Source: Octopus vulgaris | Lineage: Eukaryota | Length of the DNA stretch: 64,000 nt | Reading direction: 5' to 3' | Assembly (NCBI GenBank): GCA_951406725.2 | Contig: OX597821.1 | Location: 8,618,001-8,682,000 of the forward strand | Shown here: in pieces, positions 44,966 through 58,145 of the stretch | Numbering within the stretch: the first letter of the stretch is position 1 | Layout of the letters: every line of letters starts with the position of its first letter | Notes under the pieces: generated by a model | What the model saw: the letters and a program-made list of their open reading frames with translations, nothing else | Databases searched by the model: none | Told to the model about the DNA's origin: nothing | Made by a program: the position numbers and the translations under genes

Positions 44966-44976
<11 letters not shown>
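44452..44976 (-). mobile_element. Non-coding Penelope/retrozyme-like insert: 425-bp monomer, partial second monomer, inverted arm
   Basis: Direct repeat 44452-44497 = 44877-44922 (offset 425); inverted repeat 44542-44595 vs 44923-44976; HHR at 44655-44731; (TA)n flanks. Confidence 0.8.
44655..44731 (-). ncRNA. type I hammerhead ribozyme
   Basis: Minus strand: tcctg CTGATGA ttctg...agat GAAAC cgcg GTA cagga; stem I tcctg/cagga; palindromic stem III ACCGCGGT; stem II long and imperfect. Confidence 0.82.
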
Positions 44977-45044
<68 letters not shown>

Positions 45045-45603
45045 AGACATCCATCCATAGAAACATACATAGATATTATGCAGAAAATGAGTGTGAAGTC
45101 AGTCACATCGTCGTCTTTTCGCGAAAGGAATGCTATACCAAAGACATACAGACCTCTGCCATTAAGAGAAGTCTTAAAAACGGCAGAGAAAAATGCTTCC
45201 CTTCTTTGCATGAATGCAATATCTAAATAAATAAATGCATAAAACATACTTAACTTGGAGAAAATCCAAATCTCTGGAACTGTGTTCATGCAAACGAAGA
45301 AGTTGTCACGTCGTTAGTGACCAGCTTAAATTCTACGATGAAGAGTGTAACTAAGCATATGTATGTATGTATGAATGTATGTATGTATGTATGTATGTAT
45401 GTATGTATGTATGTATGTATGTATGTATGTACGTACGTATGTATGTATGTATGTACATATGTATATATTAAATTATATTAAACATGTACGTACGTATATA
45501 TGTATGAATGTATGTATGTATGTATGAATGTATGTATGTATGTATGTATGTATGTATGTAGTCATGTAAGTATGCTTGTTTCTCTTTTAATCTCTCCTCT
45601 TTA

Positions 45604-45655
<52 letters not shown>

Positions 45656-45681
45656 CACGCACACACATGTGTTTGTGTGTT

Positions 45682-45733
<52 letters not shown>

Positions 45734-45906
45734 TGTTGTATATGCATAAACAAATGCGAATGTCTGGAATCTCGCCTTGCAACCACATAACTCTGTGTTC
45801 AGTCCCAAGTGTCTTCTCCTATAACTCCGGACGGACCAATGCCTCTTGAATGAATTTCGTAGATGAAAAATATGTGGCTACCCATCGTATACGTATGTGC
45901 ATATAT

Positions 45907-46089
45907 GGCGGTATTTCGTCTGTCGTTACGTTCTGAGTTCAAATTCCGCCGAGGTCGACTTTGCCTCTCATCCTCTCGGGGTCGATAATTAAAGTACCAG
46001 TTCCGCACTGGGTCGATGTAATCGGCTTAAACCCTTTGCCTGTCCTTGTTTGTCCCCTCTACGTTTAGCTTCTTGTGGGTAGTAAAGAA

Positions 46090-46092
<3 letters not shown>
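45907..46092 (+). mobile_element. SINE family B, 5'-truncated
   Basis: ggtatttcgtc...gagttcaaattccgccgaggtcgac...gggtagtaaagaaata; follows a SINE A head at 45770-45890. Confidence 0.88.
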
Positions 46093-46126
<34 letters not shown>

Positions 46127-46353
46127 AAAAGTTTGAGTTATATTTTGTCCTTTAATTTGAAGGACTCCAAAATGCGATTTCTAATATAGATTCTTCATAT
46201 TCTGCTGGTAGCTTACTGGCGTAAGTTTGCAAATATGCAAATAATACTAGAATATGGTGTGTTACGTGAATTTATGGAAAGGTATCCCACAAAACTCAAC
46301 AAATTTGTTAAAAATGGAGAAGAGATGTTAAAATTTAAGAGAATCTTAATTCA

Positions 46354-46470
46354 TGCATACGATCATTTCAAACAGCGTTATTAAAACATGCAAATTCATG
46401 GTTGAATAGAAATAATTATATTAGTTTGATTAAATTAAATTAATTATATATCACTGTTCTCCTCAGTGCA
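46354..46470 (-). ncRNA. type I hammerhead ribozyme with very long stem II region (left arm of inverted repeat)
   Basis: Minus strand: tgca CTGAGGA gaacagtg...cgctgttt GAAAT gatc GTA tgca. Confidence 0.75.
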
Positions 46471-46613
46471 AGAAGTATAAACAAAAAGTTATTATAGAAG
46501 ACATGATAAATGAAATGGCAGAGAATGATTTTGGATATTCATATTTATCCTTATGAGAAATACGAGCATCATAAAAAAGAATCAGAGTCCAGCTAGGTAT
46601 AAACTACAACTGT

Positions 46614-46730
46614 TGCGCTGAGGAGAACAGTGATATATAATGAATTTAATTTAATCAAATTGATTTAATTATTTCTATTCAACCATGAATTTGCATGTTT
46701 TAATATCGCTGTGTGAAACGATCGCATGCA
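46614..46730 (+). ncRNA. type I hammerhead ribozyme with mutated cleavage triplet (right arm)
   Basis: tgcg CTGAGGA gaacagtgatat...atatcgctgtgt GAAAC gatc GCA tgca; inverted arms ~46283-46472 and ~46612-46806. Confidence 0.7.
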
Positions 46731-46810
46731 TCAACTAAAATTCTCTTAAATTTTAATATCTTCTCTTCTCCACACTTAACAAATTTGTTGAGTTTTATGG
46801 GATACGTTTC

Positions 46811-46844
<34 letters not shown>

Positions 46845-46845
46845 C

Positions 46846-46963
<118 letters not shown>

Positions 46964-47282
46964 TATACAAGTATATATGCACACACACATATATATTTAT
47001 ATCTCTGTGTCGTATGTCTACGTTCGTCCACACCACTCTTGAGAATTTGTTTTTGTTTGTCTACTTCCCGTCATTTAGTGGTTCAGCAAAGATTACCTAT
47101 GGAGTGAATATTAGACTAAAAGATTAAGTACAGAAGTGTCATTTATTTGACGAAACCCTTTAATGTGGATCCAGCATGGCTACGATTAATGACGGGAACA
47201 ATTAAGACGAAATAGTTATATATACACACACCACACAACACATACATACATCATACATACATACATACATACATACATACAT

Positions 47283-47329
<47 letters not shown>

Positions 47330-47819
47330 GAGAAAAAAGTCGTCAGAATTTTGGAAAAAAATCCTTTTATTTCCTTATTATTATTAGCGCTTTCGGTCTC
47401 CTCTTGAAATTGTCAAATAGAATTTTGTGAATGTACAAACAGCTTGTTCATTTATATAAAACGGATGCTTTTTAGGGCCAGTGTTTAGAAGAGAACATTG
47501 TTTTTGTTTTCCAAGAAAATGGAGATAGATAGATAGATAGAAATATAGGTAGGTAGATAGGCTGATAGATAGATAAATAGATAGATAGATAGAGAGATAT
47601 ATAAGGCTCTCATTTTCACTCATTATTACACATATGCAGTCATACACACACCCAATGGAAATCCATATATATATTTTCGTGCAGACACAAATTTTGGTAA
47701 CAAACAATGACGCTGACGCAAACACATGAATACACGCACCACGCACACTGTAATAGACGTATGCAAGCACCGTTACAATTGTACAGCCACAGATTCATAC
47801 GCTCGTGAGCACGGATACT

Positions 47820-47909
<90 letters not shown>

Positions 47910-48324
47910 GGCGCAGGAGTGGCTGTGTGGTAAGTAACTTGCTAATCAACCTCATGGTTCTGGGTTCAGTCCCACTGTGTGGCACCTTGGGCAAGTGTCT
48001 TCTGCTATAGCCCCGGGCCGACCAATGCCTTGTGAGTGGATTTGGTAGACGGAATCTGAAAGAAGCCTGTCGTATATATATATATGTATGTGTATGTTTG
48101 TGTGTCTGTGTTTGTCCCCCTAGCATTGCTTGACAACCGATGCTGGTGTGTTTACGTCCCCGTCACTTAGCGGTTCGGCAAAAAGAGACCGATAGAATAA
48201 GTCCTGGGCTTACAAAGAATAAGTCCCGGGGTCGATTTGTTCGACTAAAGGCGGCGCTCCAGCATGGCCGCAGTCGGATGACTGAAACAAGTAAAAGAGT
48301 AAAAGAGTAAAGAGTAAAGAGAGT
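47910..48324 (+). mobile_element. SINE family A, full length
   Basis: Complete head, body and tail following (TA)n. Confidence 0.94.
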
Positions 48325-48330
48325 ATATAT

Positions 48331-48896
48331 ATTGGGTTGTCCGGCAAGTTCGTGCCGATTTATAGTAGCTTACCTTTCGACTTAATTTAGAACATGGTTG
48401 AGTCCATAAAATAGGATTTGACTACACCTCCATTTGGAGCACAGTTGAAGCTATCTTTTCGTGGAAGAAGGTTTATGCTCCTATAACCTTTGCTAATTCT
48501 GTAACCCTTTAAAATGGAAGGTAAGAAAGTTCATTTTCGGCACTCGATACTTTGGGAACCAAACGAAAATTGCTGCAGCTCGGCTGGGATCTGATACCCC
48601 ACCCACCATATTCCCCAAAGATTGCTCCTTCGGATTTCCACTTATTCAGGTCTCTGTAGAATAGACTTAATGGTAAAAAATTCAATTCCTTGGATGACGT
48701 AAAAAGATACCTTGAATTCTTTGCCATGAAACCACCTAAATTCTGGGAAGAGGGTGTGTTCAAGTTAAAGGAAAGATGGAGACGAATTGTCCAACAAAAT
48801 GTTTCATATTTGGTTGATTAAAAATGTAATGGCAAGTATCTATTGACCTTTCTCTTTCCTTTGAAAAATCGGCACGAACTTTCCGGACAAATCAAT
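48331..48896 (+). mobile_element. mariner internal-deletion derivative
   Basis: TIRs attgggttgtccggcaagttcgtgccgattt and aaatcggcacgaactttccggacaaatcaat; TA flanks; MEGKKVHFRHSILWE (ATG 48514) joined to GWDLIPHPPYSPKIAPSDFHLFRSL...ERWRRIVQQN. Confidence 0.93.
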
Positions 48897-48927
48897 ATAT
48901 ATATATATACATTTACACACACACACA

Positions 48928-48950
48928 TCATATCTATAAAAGGGAGGATG

Positions 48951-49002
<52 letters not shown>

Positions 49003-49941
49003 ATTGTAATTTATGCACGTCCACAAATTAGCACGCATGTCGCTGAAATTTTAGGAGGACATTTGTCAACATCCTATCTGGGTCTTGTCAACTTATTTTT
49101 TTCCCCGAGGCACCCGTGGGTAGCGTAAATATCTATTTTCAGACATAGCTTTTAACCACGAAAGATATCAGCCTTGGCTTTTTTATGGCGTCTAACAAAA
49201 AAAAAATGAGATAAAGAAAATTGGAAGAAGGAGGCAGAGAGTTTCACGGGAAAGAAAAAGTGAGAGAGGGAGAGACAGAGAGTAAATGACAACGTTCTTG
49301 CCAGCGTCTAACAAAAAAAATAAGATAAAGAAAAGTGGAAGCAGGAGGCAGAGAGTTTCACGGAAAAGAAAAAGTGAGAGAGGGAGAGACAGAGATTAAA
49401 TGACGTTAATAAACAGCCTTAGCTTTTTTGCCAGCGTCTAACAAAAAAAAAAGATAAAGAAAAGTGGAAGAAGGAGGCAGAGAGTTTCACGGGAAAGAAA
49501 GAGTGAAAGTGGGAGAGAGAGAAAGTTATGACGTTCAAAAAAAATAAAATGTAAAATGTTTTGTTTTTTGGTTTTTGAAAGACACTATATTTTATAATCA
49601 TAGTATATATACTTTAGTGAAAATCGTGCGAGTGTTAATCTACAAATTTAACAACATTTTTTTCATTCATTTCTGTTTATGAACATGTATGCGTCCATAA
49701 AACATGCAATAGGTGTACGTATGTACGTGTGTGTATGTGTGTTCGTGTCTGTTGCCTACATATATTTATATTATATTATATATATATAATATATAATATA
49801 TATAATATATATAATATAACTAATTTCAACTGATTTCGCCCAAATTTGACGTCTATATTACTCAGTTTGGTTTGAAGTAAAGAACTTGATTAGCTTAATA
49901 ATCGTAACTTAGTCCCGAGCAAGGCCGGGTTATACTGCTAG
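48928..49941 (+). mobile_element. non-autonomous Helitron
   Basis: 5' TC(atatctataaaag) after A; 3' hairpin cccgagcaaggccggg followed by CTAG|T; same 3' end as 58507-58897; internal ~120-bp tandem repeat x3. Confidence 0.8.
49188..49531. repeat. ~116-130-bp tandem repeat x3 inside the Helitron
   Basis: gcgtctaacaaaa...ggaggcagagagtttcacgg at 49188, 49304 and 49434. Confidence 0.92.
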
Positions 49942-51685
49942 TATATTGTCCTGTTATTACTATTATTGTTTTTTGTATTTATATTCGTGTGGCATCGTCC
50001 GTTTTTCTGTCCTTGTTTCGTATACATTCAATCCTTTTTCCAAGAAATCTAATGCTCGTAGCTTAGTTTTTCCTTGGGGCTGGCCGGATCGGAGCGATCT
50101 CAAGATTAATCAGCCGAAATTGCTAGGATGATCCGGTTCTTGATTGAAGATTGAAGGCTTCGAATGTCCCGTCCGTGTTTTTCGTATCGTCTTCTAAATG
50201 TTTTACGTTCTTGTCCCAGTTTGTATTTTTCTACATATAATATATATATATATATAAGCCAGGTTGTGTTGCAATCAAAGCACCTCCTTAGGAAAGATGT
50301 ATTGGATAATGTACCCTTAGATGCACGAAGACTGTAAAATATGCACAAGATGGTCAGTGACAAGACGTCTTTGATCACAAAACTTCATGATAAAGATTGA
50401 CCCGGAGCTCACTAACACCACTACTCCCCCCTCGACCCCCACCACTTATCACTTATTAGAGCAGAAACAAAAATACGAAAAAACTATAACAAGGGAAGTA
50501 AATATTTAAATATTAACAACAAAGAATTCAACAGTAAGAACCATAAAAACAACCTCAACAACAAAAAACAAATATAACAGCAGCAGCAACAACAAAGTAA
50601 CCCACATAGATAATTTCAGATGACGGAGGTTTTTTTTACTCAATATATTACATATGTGACAACTTAACATGACTGTAGTTTGTATGCAGAGCGCGTCCCT
50701 AGGTTATATTTCCTCACATGCAACGCTTAGAATCACATAGGCAATTTAACTATTGACACTTTGACCAGACAGCCATTCTCATGCATGGAAGGATGCACAT
50801 CATCAGACACCCCCACTACCGCATACTTATATATACGCATATGCATATAAACACACATGCGTAGACTTACAAACAGATATCCGAGCACACATATACCGCA
50901 CGCGATTACATCAGTACAGTACCCATACACGCATATTTAGGCACGCGTAAGCAATCACAACCACATATGCTACGCACATACATATATGTATATCTATATC
51001 TATCTATCTATATATTTATGTATGCATATATGTATGTATGTATATATGTATATATATATATATATATATACATAGAGAGAGAGAGAGAGAGATAAATAGA
51101 TAGATGCACACACAAACTTGCATAGGTGTGTGTACATACACGCAGTACATTTAATAAAGGAAATCGTTATATATACATTACATACCTACATATATATATA
51201 TATATATATATAAATACACACACACACACATATATATATAGGTGTATGTATGTATACACACACATGCACATATGTTGATAGATATATACATACATACATG
51301 CATACATACATACATACAGAATTCGAACGAGAAAGTGTGCAGTCATTAATAGACATTTAAAGCCGATAAAAGGTTCCCCACCTCCTTTAGGCCACCATAA
51401 TGTACAGCCACAGAGGGTGGAATAACGGAGGATGTACAATAGTTGGCTAGATTATTGTTAGTCTTCTACTTCTGGTAGATTCCATGTGACGTAACGACAA
51501 TGGCGGTCGGTACACAATGGTAATGGTGGTGATGGTGAGGGGCTGGCTTTTCTCTTGTTAGTAAGTGGAAAGACTTATCTAATGTGACACGCTATATCTG
51601 ATGATTGGTTACGGTGCAGTGTATGAGTACATGCGCGTATGTCTTTGCGTGTGTGTGTGTGTGTGTATTTGTGTATGTGTGTGTG

Positions 51686-51740
<55 letters not shown>

Positions 51741-51840
51741 ATTAGATGTCATTCGATTGTGCCTGCTGAAGTACTTTCAGACTTGGTTGAATAAATTCTA
51801 AAGAGTGAATATTGTAACGAAATATATTGAATATATAGAT

Positions 51841-52005
51841 GTGTATAGAATTAATTATGGTTGTGGAACGGAGAAGAGAATGCCCATAAATCTGTATAGA
51901 ATTAATGATGATAGTGAAACGCCGAAGAGAATGCCTATAAATGTGTAAAGAATTAATTTCGGTGATAGAGCACCAGAGAGAATAGGTATAGAATTAATTA
52001 TGTAG
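51841..52005. repeat. diverged 51-bp minisatellite, ~3.3 copies
   Basis: tgtatagaattaat...gaagagaatgcc.ataaat units starting at 51841, 51892 and 51943. Confidence 0.85.
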
Positions 52006-52383
52006 ATGGAGCTGAGGAGAACGGTTTACAAAATTTGGTTGCACTGCAATCCCCTTTGTTATAAGTTCAGATCCTGGCCTGTTCAGCTTTACGTATTGTC
52101 TTTCTTGTGTAGATTAAGAATATATCAGATATAATCGTGTGGTTAAAAACTCAGTTGCACAAGCACATTGTAGTTTCAACTGCGCTGCAGGGAAACATCT
52201 CTGTCTTAGTTTAGCATGGGAAGGGGTTTGCGTAATTTGGGCCTATTTTAGTACTTATAAGAAACTTGTTTATTTGTTTTAAAACATATCAGAAAAGGAG
52301 AAGCATCTAGGAAGAAGGGCGAAAGGGCGATGGAAGGTTGGTGTTAGATATAGATGAACGGTAGAAATCTAAAAAGTTCTTAA

Positions 52384-52451
52384 GGGCTGATTGTGCCGAA
52401 GGGCTGATTGTGCCGAAGAGTTGATAGTGCTTAAGGGATTACAGTGCTCAA
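52384..52451. repeat. 17-bp tandem repeat x4 (two perfect, two diverged)
   Basis: gggctgattgtgccgaa x2, then gagttgatagtgcttaa and gggattacagtgctcaa. Confidence 0.8.
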
Positions 52452-53758
52452 GGTTGGTTCCATTAATGTATGTTGATAAACCAACGATGTGAGATTAAAG
52501 CACCATATCAAGTGGTCCGGTGAAGTGTTCTGTAAGTAGCTATATCGTAGGCGATAGTGTCGCCGGAGTCGTTGGGTTTGTAGATTATTTCAATGGAGTA
52601 CATATTAGTGTATGTGTGGTACAACGTGATTGGTGATAGTGGGGTTAAATATCGCTGTGTTGGTGAAGTACTTGTTGCTTGTAAAGGAGAATGGATCAAA
52701 GCGAACCGCACTGCTTTTGTCGGAATGTTTAATGATCCTTCAGATGGGCAAAGTTTTAAACATTTGTTCGTTTCTTTTTTAAACTTGAGATACTAAAAAT
52801 GTAGAAATGGTCACTGATAAATAGATCGATAGATATTTGTAAGGTTAATGATATATTTTGATATTGGCAAAGAAAAAATATTTTCGTCATAGTTTCCAAA
52901 ATTCTTATATGAAAGAAGACTCTTTGTTAGGTGAGAAAGAAGTAAATCTCATTATCGGCGTTTCCATTGAAAAGGTTCCTTAACCTCTCGGGAAGGCGGA
53001 TAAAGATTAAGCTCCTACTAAGGTAAGATTCTTTTAGCTTCTGAAAGGAACCGATCTCCTGTAATGGTGAACGTAGTAAATGACACAGAAAACTGTAGAA
53101 AGAATTTAATATTTGGTAGAAGGATAGGCAGCGTTTATAGTCTCACTCGGGATTATTGATTTGGGGCATTATTAAATTGGAGGAATAGAGAGAAAACAGT
53201 GGCAATGAATGACTCTTATTCTTAAATTGCTGTGTTTGTCGCGTATGAATCGGATCATCACTCGCACGCATAAACCGTTGGAAAAAAGTTATGTAGTATG
53301 TTTCCGGAGTAATACGAGCGAACTGAGGGACGAAATTTAAGTTGAAACCACCTGATATGGTATGACATGATCAGTGCTTAAGAAATCACATGCGGTTGCA
53401 GGGACGACGTTTTTGCAAGATAGAGGAATATATTGTTTATAATTTTGGCACATATTGGTACTTTGTTTTATCGACCCTTAATGACAAAAGAATGGTTGGC
53501 ATTGACATGATTTAAAGTCAGTATATAAAGAGCGGGAACAAATAATGATTCTTAACATCATTTTAGCATGTTGAATTCTATGAGCATATTGAATTCACGT
53601 AGTCTTAAATAATTTCAACAGTTATTTATTCCCTGAAGGGTGTGAAGACTAAATATGTCTAACCAGTGTCAATATATAGAAACTTAGGTCACCAGGTTAG
53701 ATAGAGAAAACAGTGTAGACTAGCTTCACTAGTCTACATTCTAGTATGCTTTTATGTT

Positions 53759-53978
53759 CGAGGGGGTGCTGAAAAGTTCCTGGCTTTGGGTAAAAGAAAA
53801 TACAAGAAGGATCAGTTAATTATGATTTTATTGAACATATTCTCCTCTCAGATTCACACTCTTATTGCAGCGACCCTTCAGTTTTTCTAAGCCCCGTAAA
53901 AGAACTCGGAAGATTGGGCCTCCACCCAGCCCGTTCGCGATGCCGTTAAAGCCAGGAATTTTTCAGCATAGCCACGTA
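53759..53978 (-). mobile_element. mariner-derived MITE (irritans-like TIR)
   Basis: TIRs cgagggggtgctgaaaagttcctggcttt and aaagccaggaatttttcagcatagccacg-ta; minus strand encodes RCNKSVNLRGEYV, like a mariner transposase C-terminus. Confidence 0.85.
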
Positions 53979-55069
53979 CAGGGGTTGGATTGTACCATAC
54001 ACTCCAAAATGTCATTAAACTGATTCTTTTTGTCATCCACCAGAAAAAAAGGCTTATTTACCGATTATTGGTTACAATTGTAATGTTTAGGGGAAAATAA
54101 TACATAAGGTAACATACATATTGATTTCTAAATACTGTAAGGCATTTGGTACAACGATTTATGCCAATTCAACGCCCTTAAGTTAACCTGCATATATTGA
54201 TTTCTGAAATTGGCGATTGGCCAAACGATTTGGTGGAGATTATAGTCGATTAAATCGAGCACAATACTTGAAAGTAAATAGTTTTATTGATTCCGGAAGG
54301 ATGGAAGTCAAAATTAACGGTATGATTTGATCTCAAATCGTAAAAGGATAAAAGGCCGGAACTAGATACTGCAAGACATTTTACCCAATGCTCTAACAGT
54401 TCTGTCACATTTCACTTCTCTTAGTAACATAAGCATTTTGGCAAGAATCATTTATAGATTCACTTCTCACCTTAAAGGTTATCTTCATGCAGAATGGCAA
54501 CAAGAAATCCCAAATTAATATCTCTTTCCAGAAAACCATAAGGAAAAACTGAAAACAACAAAATAAAAAAAAAATAGATGGAAACGCAATGACAGCAGAT
54601 GGAGAACTGCTGAGCTAAGATTGAATATATTAATCAGATTATAGCAAACTGTGACAGAATCTCTCAAAGATATTACTTATGAGACGTTACTTGTCAGAAA
54701 CTGCTTGAGATAAAATATCCGAATAAAAGAAGAAAAAAAATCGAATTTTGACCACAAATCTACACGAATATAGAGACATTGATAAATCATAAGTCACAAC
54801 GATGGAAACTAAATGGAAGACAATGAAAGAAATTCACACAAAATCAAACGAGCATAAAAGAAATATAGGAAACACACCTCACCTTCTTATGGGAATTGTG
54901 TGTTAGCTCCATATTAATATAGTTAAAACTACAGAAGACACGAGAAATACTTATGGACGTCTGACAAGATATCGGTAGATTTGTATAACAAAAAACATAT
55001 GTTCAACTTTATCGGAGCGACGTCGTTTTCCAACTATCTCTCTGAAATTAAGATATAGTTGAAGTCGTA

Positions 55070-56092
55070 TCCATCCAAATCCATCCATCCATCCATCCAT
55101 CCATCCATCCATCCGTTCGTTCGTTCGTTCGTTCGTTGTTCGGACCTTCCTTCCTTCTGTTCATTCATTCATTTATTCATTCATTCATTCATTCGTTCGT
55201 TTGTTCGGACCTTCCTTCCTTCTTTCCTTCCTTCCTTCTGTTCATTCATTTATTCATTCATTCATTCATTCATTCGTTTGTTCGGGCCTTCCTTCCTTCC
55301 TTCTGTTCATTCATTCATTCATTCATTTATTCATTCATTCATTCATTCGTTCGTTTGTTCGGACCTTCCTTCCTTCCTTCCTTCCTTCTGTTCATTCATT
55401 CATTTATTCATTCATTCATTCATTCGTTCGTTTGTTCGGACCTTCCTTCCTTCTTTCCTTCCTTCCTTCTGTTCATTCATTTATTCATTCATTCATTCAT
55501 TCATTCGTTTGTTCGGGCCTTCCTTCCTTCCTTCTGTTCATTCATTCATTCATTCATTTATTCATTCATTCATTCGTTCGTTTGTTCGGACCTTCCTTCC
55601 TTCCTTCCTTCCTTCCTTCTGTTCATTCATTCATTCATTCATTCATTTATTCATTCATTCATTTATTCATTCATTCATTCGTTCGTTCGTTTGTTCCTTC
55701 CTTCCTTCCTTCTGTTCATTCATTTATTCATTCATTCATTCATTCATTCATTCATTCATTCGTTTGTTCGGGCCTTCCTTCCTTCCTTCCTTCCTTCCTT
55801 CCTTCCTTCTGTTCATTCATTCATTTATTCATTCATTCATTCATTCATTCATTCGTTTGTTCAGGCCTTCCTTCCTTCCTCCCTTCCTTCTGTTCATTCA
55901 TTCATTCATTCATTCATTCATTCATTCATTCGTTCGTTTGTTCGGGCCTTCCTTCCTTCCTTCCTTCCTTCCTTCTGTTCATTTATTCATTCATTCATTT
56001 ATTCATTCATTCGTTCGTTTGTTCGGGCCTTCCTTCCTTCCTTCCTTCCTTCCTTCCTTCCTCCCTTCTGTTCATTCATTCATTCATTCATC
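55070..56092. repeat. compound (TTCC)n/(TTCA)n minisatellite with higher-order structure
   Basis: Units of gtttgttcgg(a/g)cc-(ttcc)n-ttctg-(ttca)n; a block duplicated at 231-bp offset (55201 vs 55432). Confidence 0.95.
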
Positions 56093-57034
56093 TTCCAGGG
56101 CACATATCGCTCCAACTGGAGCAGACCCTCTCTCAATTCTGCCCAGCATCATCTATTTGGTGCAGAAATCACTCATCCTGGTAGCCCCACTGGTTGGCGA
56201 GTGTGCCTTTAGGGACTTTGGAGAAATTTAAACTCAGAATTCGAATTGTCGGAACAAATGCCACTAGATTTCTGCTAAGCCACCACTCTGGGTTGGTATT
56301 TGTTATCGACCAGAAAGGATGAAAGGCAGAGAGGGATTCAGAGGGATTCAGAATATATACAGCGAAGCTGTGTATCCGAAGCTCTGCCGATAGTGGCAGT
56401 TCGCTGCTTAAGGGGAAAATATACCGGAAATATCAAGTGAGATGTTTGGCAGAAAGCATGGAAGTTTTAAGAACTGTCCAAAGTTTGTTTCCTTTATTAA
56501 CGTGTTCATATTTGTTGGACAATCGTTGAAGAATTTAGTGGAAATATTTAATATTCTTTCTTTGTTAGCTGCCAGCGGGTAAGACGTTCAGTGAAGAGGA
56601 AACTAATTTAAATCCGAGATAGAACATATATGAGTGTACACAGATGCTCAGGGAGACCAGATACAAAACCTCTTTCAGGCTACACTTAATTATTATGACA
56701 GAACTAAAGTAATTAAATCTACGAGAATATCCACATCTACACGATGTCGTCTTAGTTTCAAAATAGCTTTAGTTACTGCTTATACTATACTACCTCTCCC
56801 ACCCCGCCGCCAAACGCCTACACATCAACATCTGCAGTACAGAGAACAACTGAATATGAAACTATTATAATTAATGTGTTACTGCATCCTTGATGGAAAT
56901 ACTCAAGAAAATCGTAGAAATAATCACGTGATAATTCTATTGGAATTTTTAACTCAACAAATATCTTTTGTTCTGAAAGCAGACCTCGAGGTATTCACTC
57001 TTCAAGCATTTAATTCCTCTAATCAATATGCGTA

Positions 57035-57146
<112 letters not shown>

Positions 57147-57328
57147 ACGCACACACACACACACACAGGCACGCACGCACAAACATATATATATATATAA
57201 ACATACGTGTGTGCGTGCGTGCTTGTGTATGTGTGTGTAAACAAATAAGTATTTGCATGTGTATATGTATATGTATATATATATATGTGTGTATATATAT
57301 ATATATAATATATATAATACATACATAC

Positions 57329-57393
<65 letters not shown>

Positions 57394-58145
57394 TTATATA
57401 TATATACAAATCAATTCAAGGCGATTGTTGCTAATCAATAGGTTTTAATGAATTATTGCATTGCATCTTGCCTCTCCTCTTCATTCGGACACAAACAACA
57501 ACAACAACAACGCAACAACCACCACCACAACAACAACAACATCAACAATAGCCACAACAACAATTTGGAACAATCACAGTTGAAGTTGTTAATCTTGTTA
57601 TTATTCTTTGCTATTGTCTTTATATTTTCGTTTAAAGAAACAAAAAAAGAGAAGAAAAAAAACAAACAAAATACATGGAAGCAAAACAAGAAAACGAATA
57701 AATAAAACCAAAGGAAAACTTATTAAAAGTAAGAAGAAATGAAATAAACAAAAATAAATGCGCTAAAAGTTTATAAAAATTGTATTCTCTCCTTTCGTTT
57801 TGTTGTGTGCCAAGAGGGTATTTAGTATTTTCTTGTTTTGTTTCTTGATTTGTTGCAAGTGTTTTCGCTCTTTTCTTCCTTTCAATCGTTCATTTGTTTG
57901 CTTGCGTTAACTTAAGTATCATTTATTTAGCCGAACACAGATGTGATTGGCAACCATATTGAACGGCTGACGTCATAGTGACGTCTAATGTGAATTTAAA
58001 GACAACCAAAAGAGAATTTCTCGATTTTCTCAGAGTTTGCTGGAAATAATGTTAACGAAAATTGTTGCCGGAAAGACAACAAACGCAAAGAAAATGAAAG
58101 GAGATGACATGAAGAAATTGAAAATAATATAAAGCGTAAAGATAC

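Noticed and set aside
52500-53450. Possible decayed LINE or host exons in unique-looking sequence
   Set aside because: No convincing motif or sustained reading frame recognised by eye; needs tblastx
55059-56231. Three long overlapping ORFs (327-390 aa)
   Set aside because: All frames are open because of TTCC/TTCA composition
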